DNA from: Trichomonas gallinae
Taxonomy: Eukaryota
Assembly (NCBI GenBank): GCA_008369845.1
Contig: MRSU01010484.1
Span: 1-64,000, forward strand
DNA length: 64,000 nt
Reading direction: 5' to 3'
Shown here: positions 1-11,474 of the stretch, piece by piece
Layout of the letters: every line of letters begins with the position of its first letter
Position numbering within the stretch: the stretch's first letter is position 1
Translations under genes and position numbers: made by a program
Notes under the pieces: model-generated
Seen by the model: only the letters and a program-made list of their open reading frames with translations
The model's database searches: none
What the model was told of the DNA's origin: nothing

Positions 1-175
1 TCGACTTGTAATTGTTTAAATCCTTAGATATCATACATATAGTATCTTTAAGGTGTTTATATAATACCTGCAAAGTTTAGTGCAATTTCCTAGAGCCATT
101 CGAAGTTTCCATACCTTTTATTGTGAGATAAACATATAAAAATAGATATTTTATAAATAAATACATAATTAAATT

Positions 176-1624
176 CTAATAAATAGCAGCGTGGAATAGC
201 ATGAATCCACCAAAGTTGATAAATTATTCCAATCCAAAAAGTCATTATAGCATTCTTCTTCTGGCCCACAAAATAGATTCAAATCTTCGTACTTAGGCAT
301 TTAACATGATTCTTCATTAAGACTTGTATTGACTAGAAAATTTGCAAATGTTGTGCCTTCATATTTTGGTGAAACATAAACAAGATTTGTTCATTTGTTA
401 ATTTCATCAATTGTGGCTTGAGAACTTGTAACATGAACTCCACAGTAGTATACTGTTATATTTTTATTATAATGATCAGTCGTTTGAGATTCTAATGTTA
501 CTCCTTCAAAAAATCTGAAGACAATTTTTGAAACTTGCTACTTCAAAATTGATAATTGTTTCTAGAACAAATGCCCTCATCAACCGTGCATCTTGTCATA
601 CCCGAAAAATCAACCTTTGAGAGTCTTGTGCAATTTTTAAATGCATATTGTCCAATGTTTGAAAATTCTGAAGGAAGTTTTATTTCGGCTAATTGAGTAT
701 TTTCAAATGCAAATTCTCTAATAGACCGCGGATTTATAGGAAATATTACAGAAGTCATTGATGACAAATAAAATGCAATGGGCTTAATTGCATTCACACT
801 CGACAGAATATTAAGTAATATCAAGATATAGCAAAATTGAAACAGACCTGAACCAATAACAATAATGGCTGCATTTGATGGATTATCCACATTTTGTAAT
901 CCAAGACAATATGAAAAAGCAGAATCACCAAGTGTTGTTACAGATCCAGGAATGGAAATTGAAGTTAAACGAGGACAATCTGTGAAAATTAATGCAGGAA
1001 TGTAAGCCTCTCCATGTGGCACAATTTTTCAATTTCGTGCCACATGACAAAAAAGTTGTTCCACAAAAAATTTACTTTGTTCCAGTTTAGAATGCCACAT
1101 GGAAAGGCATACAGGAATGATTGTAAAGCCTTCATCAATCGTTACCGAGGAAAGTTTACTGCAATTAGCAAACTTAACGCTTGTAAATCCTGTGCCAGCA
1201 TACATCATACATAAATAGAAAACAAATTTGTGCAATCAAAAAAGCAATATGAACCTATGGCTGTAGTTTTGGATGCAAGTGTTACTGATGTTACAGTTTT
1301 ATAATGCATTATTCCCTATAGACACTACAGATGATGGAATATTAATTTCGGCAAGATTTATACATGTACCAAATGCATAATTAGGTATTTTATTTAATCT
1401 GGATTCAGAAGAACCTTGTGATTAAATGCTAATTCACCGATTGTCGTTAATGATGGTAATATCTGCAAAAAGCATCTAATAATGTATCTGGTTAAATGAT
1501 ACATCTAATAAATTCCAGTTTTCCATAAAACATTTATGACTATAGATACAAAAATCATAAATGTCTGAGTTAAATGTCCTGAACCAGATATTGTTAAAAC
1601 ACCAGCTACAAGAGTTCCAGACAT
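176..1624 (-). pseudogene. Degraded A-type BspA-like LRR gene
   Basis: ATG at 1624 reads MSGTLVAGVLTISGSG, matching the A-type start MSGNLVNGILTISGSG. TpLRR fragments occur in several frames (ORF 543-1022). The C-terminal remnant YYCG...TFAN...PKYEDLNLFCGPEEEC...GGFMLFHAAIY* matches the A-type tail. Many stops and frameshifts; about one third of the intact length. Confidence 0.85.
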
Positions 1625-1983
1625 TAAAATATTATTGTTGTAAACCAATAATGGAATGATGTGTCATAATATATAATTCATTTATTATTCATTTTTAAGT
1701 TTCTTTTATACTTCAACAATAATCCACTGAATAACTATTGCGTTCAATAGAATACATTGCCAATATCAATATATAAATTGATCTTTTAGTCTTCTTAGCA
1801 TCATCTTTTATGTTTTTATTTGGATTTTTTTTGAATGATAATCATGTTATTTTCTGATTATTTTGCATATGAAACAGTATAAATAAGATGATTCAAACAA
1901 AATAAGCTGGAAATTATCATAAAAATAAAAACGAAACAATGAGCATTTTTTTTTCAAATGGTTTACATAATTTGCAAACTTTA

Positions 1984-2433
1984 TTAAAAGATATATAGAT
2001 CTTGAGACTCATCAACTGAGATGAAATCATCGAATTCAAACATTTGCCAGATATTCCAGGATAATGTATCAATGAAATCAATATTTTCATGGTTTCTTGC
2101 AAATTCTGCGTTTATACGAACCAACTGCCTGAAGCGAATCTTAACTTGGTCTCCTGAGCGGTTTTTAAGTGTTTTTGCAATTTTTGCCCATTTTGTACCC
2201 ACATTTCTAACTGAGTTAAGAATGTAATTATCTTCTTCCTTAGTCCAGTCTTTAGTATTCTTACTTAAAAAGTAGCGATATCTTTCAATTATGGCCCGTC
2301 TCGAATGCATTCCACCAATAACATTAATAATATCCTGCACGGCGTCTTTGACATTTCCATTATGCTTCCTTGTTTCACTGATTATCACGCAATCCTCATC
2401 TTTAGTGAATCTATGAACAGTACGCTTAGTCAT
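1984..2433 (-). CDS. Myb-like DNA-binding protein (two repeats)
   Basis: FTKDED...ERYRYFL and WTKEEDNYILNSVRNVGTKWAKIAKTLKNRSGDQVKIRF are Myb/SANT repeats; 149 aa. Confidence 0.9.
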   Translation of the reverse strand: MTKRTVHRFTKDEDCVIISETRKHNGNVKDAVQDIINVIGGMHSRRAIIERYRYFLSKNTKDWTKEEDNYILNSVRNVGTKWAKIAKTLKNRSGDQVKIRFRQLVRINAEFARNHENIDFIDTLSWNIWQMFEFDDFISVDESQDLYIF

Positions 2434-3898
2434 TTTGAATTTACCTTAAGATTTGTGTCATTTTTTGGCTATTTATTAACTTCTCAATTCATTTTTTGAT
2501 TAATTTTGTTTGTCATCTTAGCATAAACAATTTCATTATAAATAGGATTTTGTGAGGTAATTTCAAAATATCACAAAATGACGTTCATTACTGGAAGTCT
2601 CTCAAATTCTCTTTGAATTTTCCAATATACATTTCTATTCCACAATGTCATTTAATTGTAATTAAAAATTTGAATCGTAAATTATTGTCAAATCTTTCGA
2701 ATTTTTACACAAAATTGAAACAATCGACCATGACATTTTTGATGATAAACACTATTCGTTTTAGGATACCGGCGTAATCAAATCTTCTTAACAATCACAC
2801 TAATTATCTACACCATCACGCTGATTTCCGTTTTGAATTTAATAATTTAATTTTTAAAACCCGTTACAATTAAAGGATGATGTATTATTATTACCAATGG
2901 GGAACAGATTATTGATTGATAATTATTTTGATTTTGATTAAAATGCAATAATCAATTCCCAATTATGGATTTTAAAGTTTAAAATTCATGCTATATTATT
3001 TCAATTACAATCTTTATTGTTTAATTATAGCAAATTTGTTCTGAGGAATTTCTAATTGCTGTAAATTTAACAATGAAATCTATTTCATCAAAAAAACATT
3101 TATGAAATCAAACGAGTGAGTCGGAACCATTATGATTGATTTCAGTTTATTCTGAGAATATAATGAATAATTTATCTTATAATGTGAAAAAATGAAAATT
3201 AGAATATATATAATATTGATGAAATCAGTTAAAATATCAAAATCTTGCCATAGTACAGATTATCATTATCTGACAAAATAAATTATACAACAGTAATCCC
3301 ATTTTGAAGCCGGTAAAGGCGAACGAAGCCGGAAACGGTTTTCTCTCAATTTTGAATACTTTGGCAAAATGATCGGGAAAATTATAGACCTAGGATGATA
3401 TATTATTTAATATTTTTAACATTTAGTCGCGAGTGACAAAAAATTAAAAGCATTTTCTCATTTTTTTTTGTAAGGGTACTATCCTCAGACCATGGAATCA
3501 GCGCCAAATGCAAATATTCATTGAATGATTTATATATACAAAGTTTCTGGTTTATTTATTAAAAATCAAAAAATTGAATATCTGACACTTGGTCATAATG
3601 GATGACTGATAACAATATTTAAACATTTATTAAAATATATGAATAATAAAACAAATAGCAATTCACATTTGGAAATTTCAAATGCTATTGTTCAAGAAAT
3701 TACAAATTTGTAAAATATATATTAGTTTATTTTATATTATACATGCATTATATATCGATGGTTACAACAAAAATATGCTATGAAGGATAATGAGGAGATA
3801 CAAGATTTTTAACGTACATAAAACTAGTTAATGGAATAACTGTCCAAAAACTATTCCCTATTAGGTAATATTGGGGTTTATAGTCATCACAGTTTTTA

Positions 3899-4081
3899 TT
3901 GGAATCACCATGACTTTATTCGAATAATGCTATAATTCTCCAAAAAAGTGACAATATGCTCATTTCTGAAATATTTGGAATTGCCAATAATTTGGAATTA
4001 GGAATAAAGTATACAAAATTTGGAATCGATTTTCATTTGGAATTAAAGTAGCATTTGGAATAACCGCCAAACGGTTGGAAT
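3899..4081. repeat. Array of TTGGAAT heptamers
   Basis: TTGGAAT at 3899, 3975, 3992, 4020, 4037, 4055 and 4075. Confidence 0.6.
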
Positions 4082-4291
4082 AATCTTTTCACAAATTTTG
4101 ATTGATAGCGATTATTTTTGATTCAAATTCAATGATTTTTATATTTTAAGAGTGCTTCTACGCCCATAATTATAGATTCAATACTTTTGACAGTATTCAG
4201 ATTAGAATTAAAATCGCAACAGATACATGACGCACCCACCAAATTCGTTGAGATAATGAAAAATCTTATTTTATTGTCTCAAAATATTATT

Positions 4292-5835
4292 ATGTTCTCG
4301 TTTTTTTTTTTTTTCTGGAAAACAGGATCTTTCGATGCAATATACATATATAGAAGCCTCGAAAGAGAAGGTACACCTACATTCGTTCATGCAATGTTCA
4401 TGAATGAATCAGATATCGATTCAAAATTTAACGCTGATTTAACAATCATAATTCTCATGTACATTTAGAGAATTCTACTACTATCGATCTACGCTAACAA
4501 TTATCGGTCAATCTTCTTTCGTTGATAATTATGCATTTGGTTCTTCCAAAACAACAGATTCTGGAGGAACCATATTCCTATGTCAGTCAATGCTAACTGT
4601 TTCGTCATTCCGTGGTCCCGAAAATCTTGGAGTTTCCTATCCAGTAATATTTAGATCAAATGAAGCAGCCGTAGGTGGTGGGATCGCTCTATTTGCTTCA
4701 CCATCCTTGATCTATTCTTCCGAATTTGATGAAAACAAAGCGTTAAGATTTGGTGGAGGGACAAAGTCAAACCTACTCAGCTCCTAATGTGAAAATGGTC
4801 ATTTCCAGATGCCTATTTCACAATAATATTGCATTTGAAATTGGAGCAATTTCTATATCATATGCTATTGAAATCTACGCAGAACAGACAAGATTCCTAC
4901 AAAACAAGTGCAGTTTCGGTGTTGGAGCCATTCACTATGAAATGCCAATTCGCTTATAACATCGTAATTGCCAACAATGAAGAGATACATTTACCTACTG
5001 AAATGAGAAAACTGTTCCATAAAATATCGATAATTCTTTTGCGGATAGGAAAAGTGATTACAACGAGATGACAAGAGGTTGCGGCGCAATATGTTTCTAC
5101 TCAAACTCATACAAGCGAAGCCTTCCAACAGGCACACAATCGTTCTTACAAAGGCATTTTATTTTCGAATACAACTGTTACTACAAAGACAGTGCATCAT
5201 ACACAGGTGGATCATATGGAGATGGTGCAGGACACGAAATTCTCCTCTAAGGCTACTCAATGTGGTTTTCGTGGAATGATTTCGTTTGGGGTTACAAGAA
5301 AGAATGCTACATAGAAAACGAAATATGTCTCTAAAGTATATAAGACCTGGCCATCTGGTGCTACATGGCAAGTTTGGGAATTTCGTGGCGGCCTATATTT
5401 CTATGCCTAATATGCCTGATCACACGCCATTCCCGATAATTCCAGCTGCTCCAAATACAACTCCCCACGCAACACCTTCATCCACATCTAATACAACACC
5501 ATACACAACACCATACACAACTCCTCTTCCATCAACGCCAGTTAGGACACCGAGTGAATCACCTGGACCATCAGCTCGCATCGCTTATGTTACGAACCAA
5601 TCCAGATGGAAGAAGAAACTGTGATGATCATTGGACAAAATGTTGAGAAAGATCGACCATCAATTTGCAAAGTTGAAGATATGTTTGATGATAATTTTTC
5701 ACATCCAAGTTCAATACCGATAATATGAAGAAATCTAATGCACATACATCTGCTTTCAATGTAGAAGACATGTTCAGCGATGATTTCAATGATCCTGAAG
5801 AATCACTTGGTGAAGGATTTATCAATGAATTCTAG
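4292..5835 (+). pseudogene. Pmp-like (GGAI/FxxN) surface protein pseudogene, paralog of 34836-36932
   Basis: Fragments in different frames align collinearly with the 698 aa protein (FVHAMFMN..IDSKFN; NEAAVGGGIALFASPSL; GAICFYSNSYKRSLPTGTQSFLQRHF; MPDHTPFP; VEDMFSDDFNDP; ends NEF*). Multiple stops, frameshifts and deletions, including the TM segment. Confidence 0.93.
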
Positions 5836-5986
5836 AATTTATGTAAATCAACAAATTTTTGGAAAAAAGCAGGTAAAATATCGAAATCAATTTAGTTATA
5901 TAAACTTCATTTCAACTCAATTTTTTAGCAGTTTAGATGAAAATAGTAAAATTTATTTTGATATAACATTTATAAATGATAAAATA

Positions 5987-8900
5987 TTAAGTAGAAGCAA
6001 CATGATAAACAATATTTGAGCCGAATGTCCAGAATAATTTACCTGAAATATATTCTTTAGGACATTCAAGTGGAGGATCACAATGATATTCATGGTCATC
6101 ATAGTATAATGGTTGATAACAATAACCATCTATTAAGGATCTATTTACTGCTACACCTGCAAATGTATCGTTAACATATGACATTGGAACTTGGACATAT
6201 CTGGCGAGTTTTCTGATCTCATCGTAAAAACGATTGTCATAATAACTAGGATTCTCTATTCTTGTAATTTCATTCATTCCACAATAAGCAACAAATGGAA
6301 CAAAGTATGTATTTAAAGCATTATTCTTCAAATTAAGATTTGAGCCAAGTCTTAAATATCTTAAGTTTGAAAGACTACTCGCTCCATACATATCAACATA
6401 AACATTATCCATTAAAGTGAGAGAGAACAGATTTTCACAATATGAAAGGGCATATTGGTATACTGAAGAACCAGCTGGGATGACTAATGATCGTAATGAA
6501 TTGCAGTAATAAAACGCATACCGATAAAAAGTAGCACTATGTGAAAATGTAATACTCGATAGATTATAACAGTATGCGAAAGCATATTCTTCAACTCTTG
6601 ATACACTAGATGGAATTACAAGAGAAATGAGTGAAGTGCAGCTATAGAAACAAGATGCATATATTGTGTAGAGATTTGATGGTAACTCGAGTTGTTCGAG
6701 AGAAGTACAACCTCTGAATGCATATGCATAAATATAATTCACTCCTTTTGGAATCTTGATATCAAACAACTCTGTACATCCATCAAAGCAATAATATCCA
6801 ATGGATGTAATTCCAGGATGGAATGTAATTGAAATTAATGATGATCTTTGAAACAAACCATAAGCTAGAGATGTTATAGATGTTGGAATAACAACATCTC
6901 GTAATCTAGAGCAACTAGAAAATGAGCAATTGGAAAGTAGATTAAGTTGTGGGAAACTGATACTTGTGATACCAGTCTGATAAAATGCATACATATCTAT
7001 TTGCCTTAATGCAGTATTGAATTCAATGTTTAAATTTCTGCATCTGGCAAAAGCATATTGGCCAATGAAATATAAATTAGCAGGTAGCTTCAAAAACTGT
7101 AATTCAAGGCAATATTCAAATGTATAGTTACATATACTCGTTACAGTGTCAGGCAGTTTAATTGATATTAATGATTTACAGTTAGAAAAAGCAGAGTTAT
7201 TGATTATTTGGATATTCGCATTGCTAAAGTCAACTGAATGAAGATAAATGCAAGAATAGAAACAATATTTTGAAATATTAGTTGTGCATTCTGAAATAGA
7301 AACTGTTTGAAGTTTTGCATTATTATTAAACACACCAGCACCTAATTCTAAGTTAGGTAATCTAATATCTAAAGTCTCAAAACAGCAACTAGAAAATGCA
7401 TATGTTCCAATATTAGTCAAAGATTCTGGGAAGTTTATATGTTTGAGACTTGAACAATAAGAAAAAGCACTATTTCCAATTGATTGAACAGTTTCTGGCA
7501 AAATAAATTCAGTTGTAGAATTACAGTTGCTAAACGCATCGATACCAATTGTAGTTAATGATTTTCCTAAATATATATTTCGTAAATTATTGCAACCAGA
7601 GAAAGAATAAGCACCTAATATTTCAAATTCATCATTAAGATAAACATCAACCAAACTATCACAGTTAGAAAATACCCAACTTTCAGTAGATTTTACAGTT
7701 GATGGAAATGTAATCTTCCGTAAAAATCTACAATTTTCAAAAGCAGATATTCCTATTGTAGTTACCTGATTAGGAATAACAAATTCTTCAATATCTGTGG
7801 CTGTGAATAGAGATCCTGGGATTAAGGTAAGTGTTTCTGGGAATTTTATTGCTTTTAGCCCTGAATAATATAAGAAAGCCGAGCCAATGCTGGTGACTCC
7901 ATCAGGTATATGAATATATTCAAGACTTGAGCATTCTCCGAAAAGGCTGTTTCCATATTTTTTGATATTGATTGGAAGAGTTACATTTGATAAACTAATG
8001 CATTTGTAGAACACTGAGCTATCAATATATGTAACACTTTCTGGAATAACAACATGTGTCAACATTGTGCATCCATAAAATGCTCGGTACCAAATCTTTG
8101 TGATGTAAGGAGGGAAATGAATTGTCACTAAGTTTGTACAGTCTTCATACATACTAATGCCATAATGATCTATATTAGGCAAAGTTACTGTTTCTCGAAT
8201 AGATCTACAGCTCAAAAAGATTCCACCAATACTGCTGCTTTTAATGACTGCAATATTAATCATGTTTTCAAGCTGTGTGCAATTTGCAAACACATATGAT
8301 TCTAGAGTAATATGAGTGCATTGTGAGAAATCAATTGTAAATAAGCAAAAATTATTTGCAAAAGCTGCATACTTAATAAAGTCAAGTGAAGCTGGGAATG
8401 TCACATTTATTAAATTTGTTCCATTGAATGCAAGGGAATCAATAGTTTGGAGATTTGATGGAAAAGTAATTTTTTCGAATTTGCAGCTTCTAAAAGCACA
8501 ACTTCCAATTACTTTAATCGAATTTGGGAAATAAAAATCAGCAATTGATGTATAGGAATAGAAATCATATGGTATTATACTAACTGTTTTTGGAATGTTT
8601 GCATTTACCAATGAGTTACATGTTGAAAACACACCAATACCTAAATTTGTGCAACTATCAGGAATTAAAACAGATGTAATGTGGGTGCAATGGTAAAATA
8701 GATAATTTGGAAGTCTTGTTACACCTTCTTCAATTTGGATTGTTTCCAAATACTGGCATTCAGAGAATTGATAATCACAGTATTTTGTATAATTCTTGAT
8801 AATAACATTTCTAATTCCTGTATTAGAGTAAATTCCTGAAGCAGTATTGTTTTTGGTGCTGATATAATCCGTTGCATAATACTTGAAACAGTTTGAAAAA

Positions 8901-10678
8901 CAATAAGAACCATAGTATGCATCGGGATCTCCAACGTTAACAGTAACGAGGCTGTAACAATCAGTGAAGCAGTAATCACCTAATGAATATACAGATGATG
9001 GAATATCGATTGTTTGTAGAGAAATGCAAGAAGCAAATGTTTTGCTAGGAAGTAAATCAAAAGGAGGCTGAATATTGACGTATTTGAGATTCGTACAATA
9101 GGCGAATACATTTGTTCCCATATTTGGAATGTATCTTGTTAGGTTAAATGAAGCAATGTTGGACCATTGAAATGCTCCTGTTTTGAGGCTCAAGATATTC
9201 GAAACATTGTATAAATTTGTAAACTTTGAACAATAAGCAAAAGCATTTTCATCGAAATCAAAATATTGACTATCAAGAAATCCAACTGTTGTGAACAAAT
9301 AAGAATATGCAAAAGCATTATTTCCAAAATATGAATAGTTAGAATAAAGTATCACAGTTGAAAGACTGGTACAATTTGAGACACCTTTTGTTAAAATATT
9401 TGTGCTATTGCTAGAATAACAATTCAATGTTCTGAGGTTGGACAGCTCAAAAGCACTCTCTTTGATATAAATATTTTCTGCATTAATGTTTACCGAATAT
9501 AGATTATTGCATGAATAGTAAGCTTGTGGACCAATGCAAACTTCTTTGGCAGTATAATAACTATAGTATGGTCCGCCAGATCCCCTAAAAGTTCCATTAT
9601 TGAGATAAATTCTATTTGCAGTGACATTTAATGTGTTGCAATATGAACAAGTGTATGTATCAAGGTTAACATCTTCATCAGAGATTAATGTTATTGTTGT
9701 AACACTTGCTGGATAAGAACAGAATGGACCATCAATGCTTATAGATCTTGCTTTAACATATAAATGAGAAAAGCTGTCGCAATCATAAAAATTGTTACGA
9801 ACAATATTTGCAACATCTGTTGTGATATTGAATAGACGCATACTATCACAGTTGTAAATGCATTCATAAGCAAATGTAATGTCTGGACAATTAATATAGT
9901 ATCTCAAATTGGAACAATATGAAAATGAATAGATATTATAAACTGCTTTATTACTGGTGATATTTACGAAGGATAAAACATTGCAATAATAGAAGCATGA
10001 TCCAGAGAAGTATATATTGTTGCTTATAATATGCAATGATGAAAGTATGTCACAATTTGAAAATGAATATGTCCCAAAAGTCAGTTTTTGTATGGAAAAA
10101 TCTAAATTTGACAATTTATCACAGTTACTAAATGAGTATGTACCGAAATCAACATCATTTGATGTGAAAGATAATAAATTTATTTCTCTATTTGCTTGAA
10201 ATGCATATGATCCAATTTTAATTGTTTCGGAGTTTATAATTATTTTAGCAAGTTGATCATTAGAAGCAAATGCATATGATCCAATTTGTAATGATTGAGA
10301 ATTGATATTAATATTATTTATTGATGTGCAGCTTCTGAAGGTTTCATCGTTGATTTTTAATATAGTTGATGTAATTTGTAGATTTTTAATAGATACACAT
10401 TTGTAGAACGCAGATGAGTCTATTGTTAATGCGGAATTTGGGAAATTTATCGTTGTTAATGCAGTACATGAATAGAATGCGTATGTACCTATATAATACA
10501 AGCTATTTGGTAAAGTCGCAGTTGCCATTTTGCTACAAGAATAAAAACATCTTCTTGGAATCTCTGTAATCCCTTGTTCAATAACTAATCCCTTTATATC
10601 TTGGTTTGATTCCCAAGTATTTGTAATAGCTCCACTACCAGATATTGTCAAAATTCCATTAACAAGGTTCCCAGACAT
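5987..10678 (-). CDS. BspA-like leucine-rich repeat protein, subtype A (A1), ~1563 aa
   Basis: Dozens of TpLRR/LRR_5 repeats (CxxLxxIxLPxxLxxIGxxAF). First ATG is at 10678 (the ORF track starts at an upstream TTG). Cys-containing C-terminal tail. Confidence 0.95.
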   Translation of the reverse strand: MSGNLVNGILTISGSGAITNTWESNQDIKGLVIEQGITEIPRRCFYSCSKMATATLPNSLYYIGTYAFYSCTALTTINFPNSALTIDSSAFYKCVSIKNLQITSTILKINDETFRSCTSINNININSQSLQIGSYAFASNDQLAKIIINSETIKIGSYAFQANREINLLSFTSNDVDFGTYSFSNCDKLSNLDFSIQKLTFGTYSFSNCDILSSLHIISNNIYFSGSCFYYCNVLSFVNITSNKAVYNIYSFSYCSNLRYYINCPDITFAYECIYNCDSMRLFNITTDVANIVRNNFYDCDSFSHLYVKARSISIDGPFCSYPASVTTITLISDEDVNLDTYTCSYCNTLNVTANRIYLNNGTFRGSGGPYYSYYTAKEVCIGPQAYYSCNNLYSVNINAENIYIKESAFELSNLRTLNCYSSNSTNILTKGVSNCTSLSTVILYSNYSYFGNNAFAYSYLFTTVGFLDSQYFDFDENAFAYCSKFTNLYNVSNILSLKTGAFQWSNIASFNLTRYIPNMGTNVFAYCTNLKYVNIQPPFDLLPSKTFASCISLQTIDIPSSVYSLGDYCFTDCYSLVTVNVGDPDAYYGSYCFSNCFKYYATDYISTKNNTASGIYSNTGIRNVIIKNYTKYCDYQFSECQYLETIQIEEGVTRLPNYLFYHCTHITSVLIPDSCTNLGIGVFSTCNSLVNANIPKTVSIIPYDFYSYTSIADFYFPNSIKVIGSCAFRSCKFEKITFPSNLQTIDSLAFNGTNLINVTFPASLDFIKYAAFANNFCLFTIDFSQCTHITLESYVFANCTQLENMINIAVIKSSSIGGIFLSCRSIRETVTLPNIDHYGISMYEDCTNLVTIHFPPYITKIWYRAFYGCTMLTHVVIPESVTYIDSSVFYKCISLSNVTLPINIKKYGNSLFGECSSLEYIHIPDGVTSIGSAFLYYSGLKAIKFPETLTLIPGSLFTATDIEEFVIPNQVTTIGISAFENCRFLRKITFPSTVKSTESWVFSNCDSLVDVYLNDEFEILGAYSFSGCNNLRNIYLGKSLTTIGIDAFSNCNSTTEFILPETVQSIGNSAFSYCSSLKHINFPESLTNIGTYAFSSCCFETLDIRLPNLELGAGVFNNNAKLQTVSISECTTNISKYCFYSCIYLHSVDFSNANIQIINNSAFSNCKSLISIKLPDTVTSICNYTFEYCLELQFLKLPANLYFIGQYAFARCRNLNIEFNTALRQIDMYAFYQTGITSISFPQLNLLSNCSFSSCSRLRDVVIPTSITSLAYGLFQRSSLISITFHPGITSIGYYCFDGCTELFDIKIPKGVNYIYAYAFRGCTSLEQLELPSNLYTIYASCFYSCTSLISLVIPSSVSRVEEYAFAYCYNLSSITFSHSATFYRYAFYYCNSLRSLVIPAGSSVYQYALSYCENLFSLTLMDNVYVDMYGASSLSNLRYLRLGSNLNLKNNALNTYFVPFVAYCGMNEITRIENPSYYDNRFYDEIRKLARYVQVPMSYVNDTFAGVAVNRSLIDGYCYQPLYYDDHEYHCDPPLECPKEYISGKLFWTFGSNIVYHVAST

Positions 10679-11474
10679 CAATTGTTCAAAATTTATCGGT
10701 CATCACAGTATAAAATTCAATCGACAGTATATACATAATTGTTACTAGATGTACACATGAAATTTAAGTCAGAATTCTTAATTTTTTTACTGAGAATCAC
10801 AACCAAATTTGACAGAAATTCGAAAAATTAGAGATTTAGCATTATTAGTGTATTTAAAACATAATTATTCATGAAATGGTTGAAATGAATTTCACCTTAA
10901 ATTTATTGTTGGTTTTATGATAAAAAATCTAGCATCATGATTCTTAATATTGGGTGCTCAATCTGATTTCAAAGCAAATTATGATTTTTTATTTTTACAG
11001 TTATTGAATTATTTCATTTAAGGTTAATTTCAAAGGTCTTATTATTTGAAAGACATTCAATTATTATAATTCGCTCTCAATTTCGAACATTTCTAATCAC
11101 ATACACTAATAGATGCTGAACATTAAACTAATGAATTGTTAACAAATAAGATTTTGAGTATCCACATCTTTAATTTTTCTATCATTACTAAAAATAAATA
11201 TAATGCCTACTTTTTACTTTTGAATGTTTATAATTTGATTGAAAAAAAAAAATCAGATTTAAATTGTGTTTGTTGTTATAATATTGCAAATAATCTAATG
11301 AATAGTATGATACTTTATTACGAATTTGCAACAATTTCAATGGATCGAAATCTGTGAGTGATGGGTAAATTATCGGAAATATATTTTCCGCACCAAGATA
11401 TGATTTAATAATATGATCTAAAAACAGTAGATAGATTTTTTATTTTAGGGGTTTACACCTATCAAGAAAATTTA

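Noticed and set aside
3899..4081. CRISPR-like interpretation of the repeat-spacer pattern
   Set aside because: The repeat is only 7 nt, spacers are short and irregular, the context is eukaryotic, and there are no cas genes.
8316..8534. Similar antisense ORFs in A1 and A2 (MHCEKSIV.., also 21495-21713) and other short antisense or alternate-frame ORFs inside long genes
   Set aside because: Shadows of the conserved sense-strand coding sequence.
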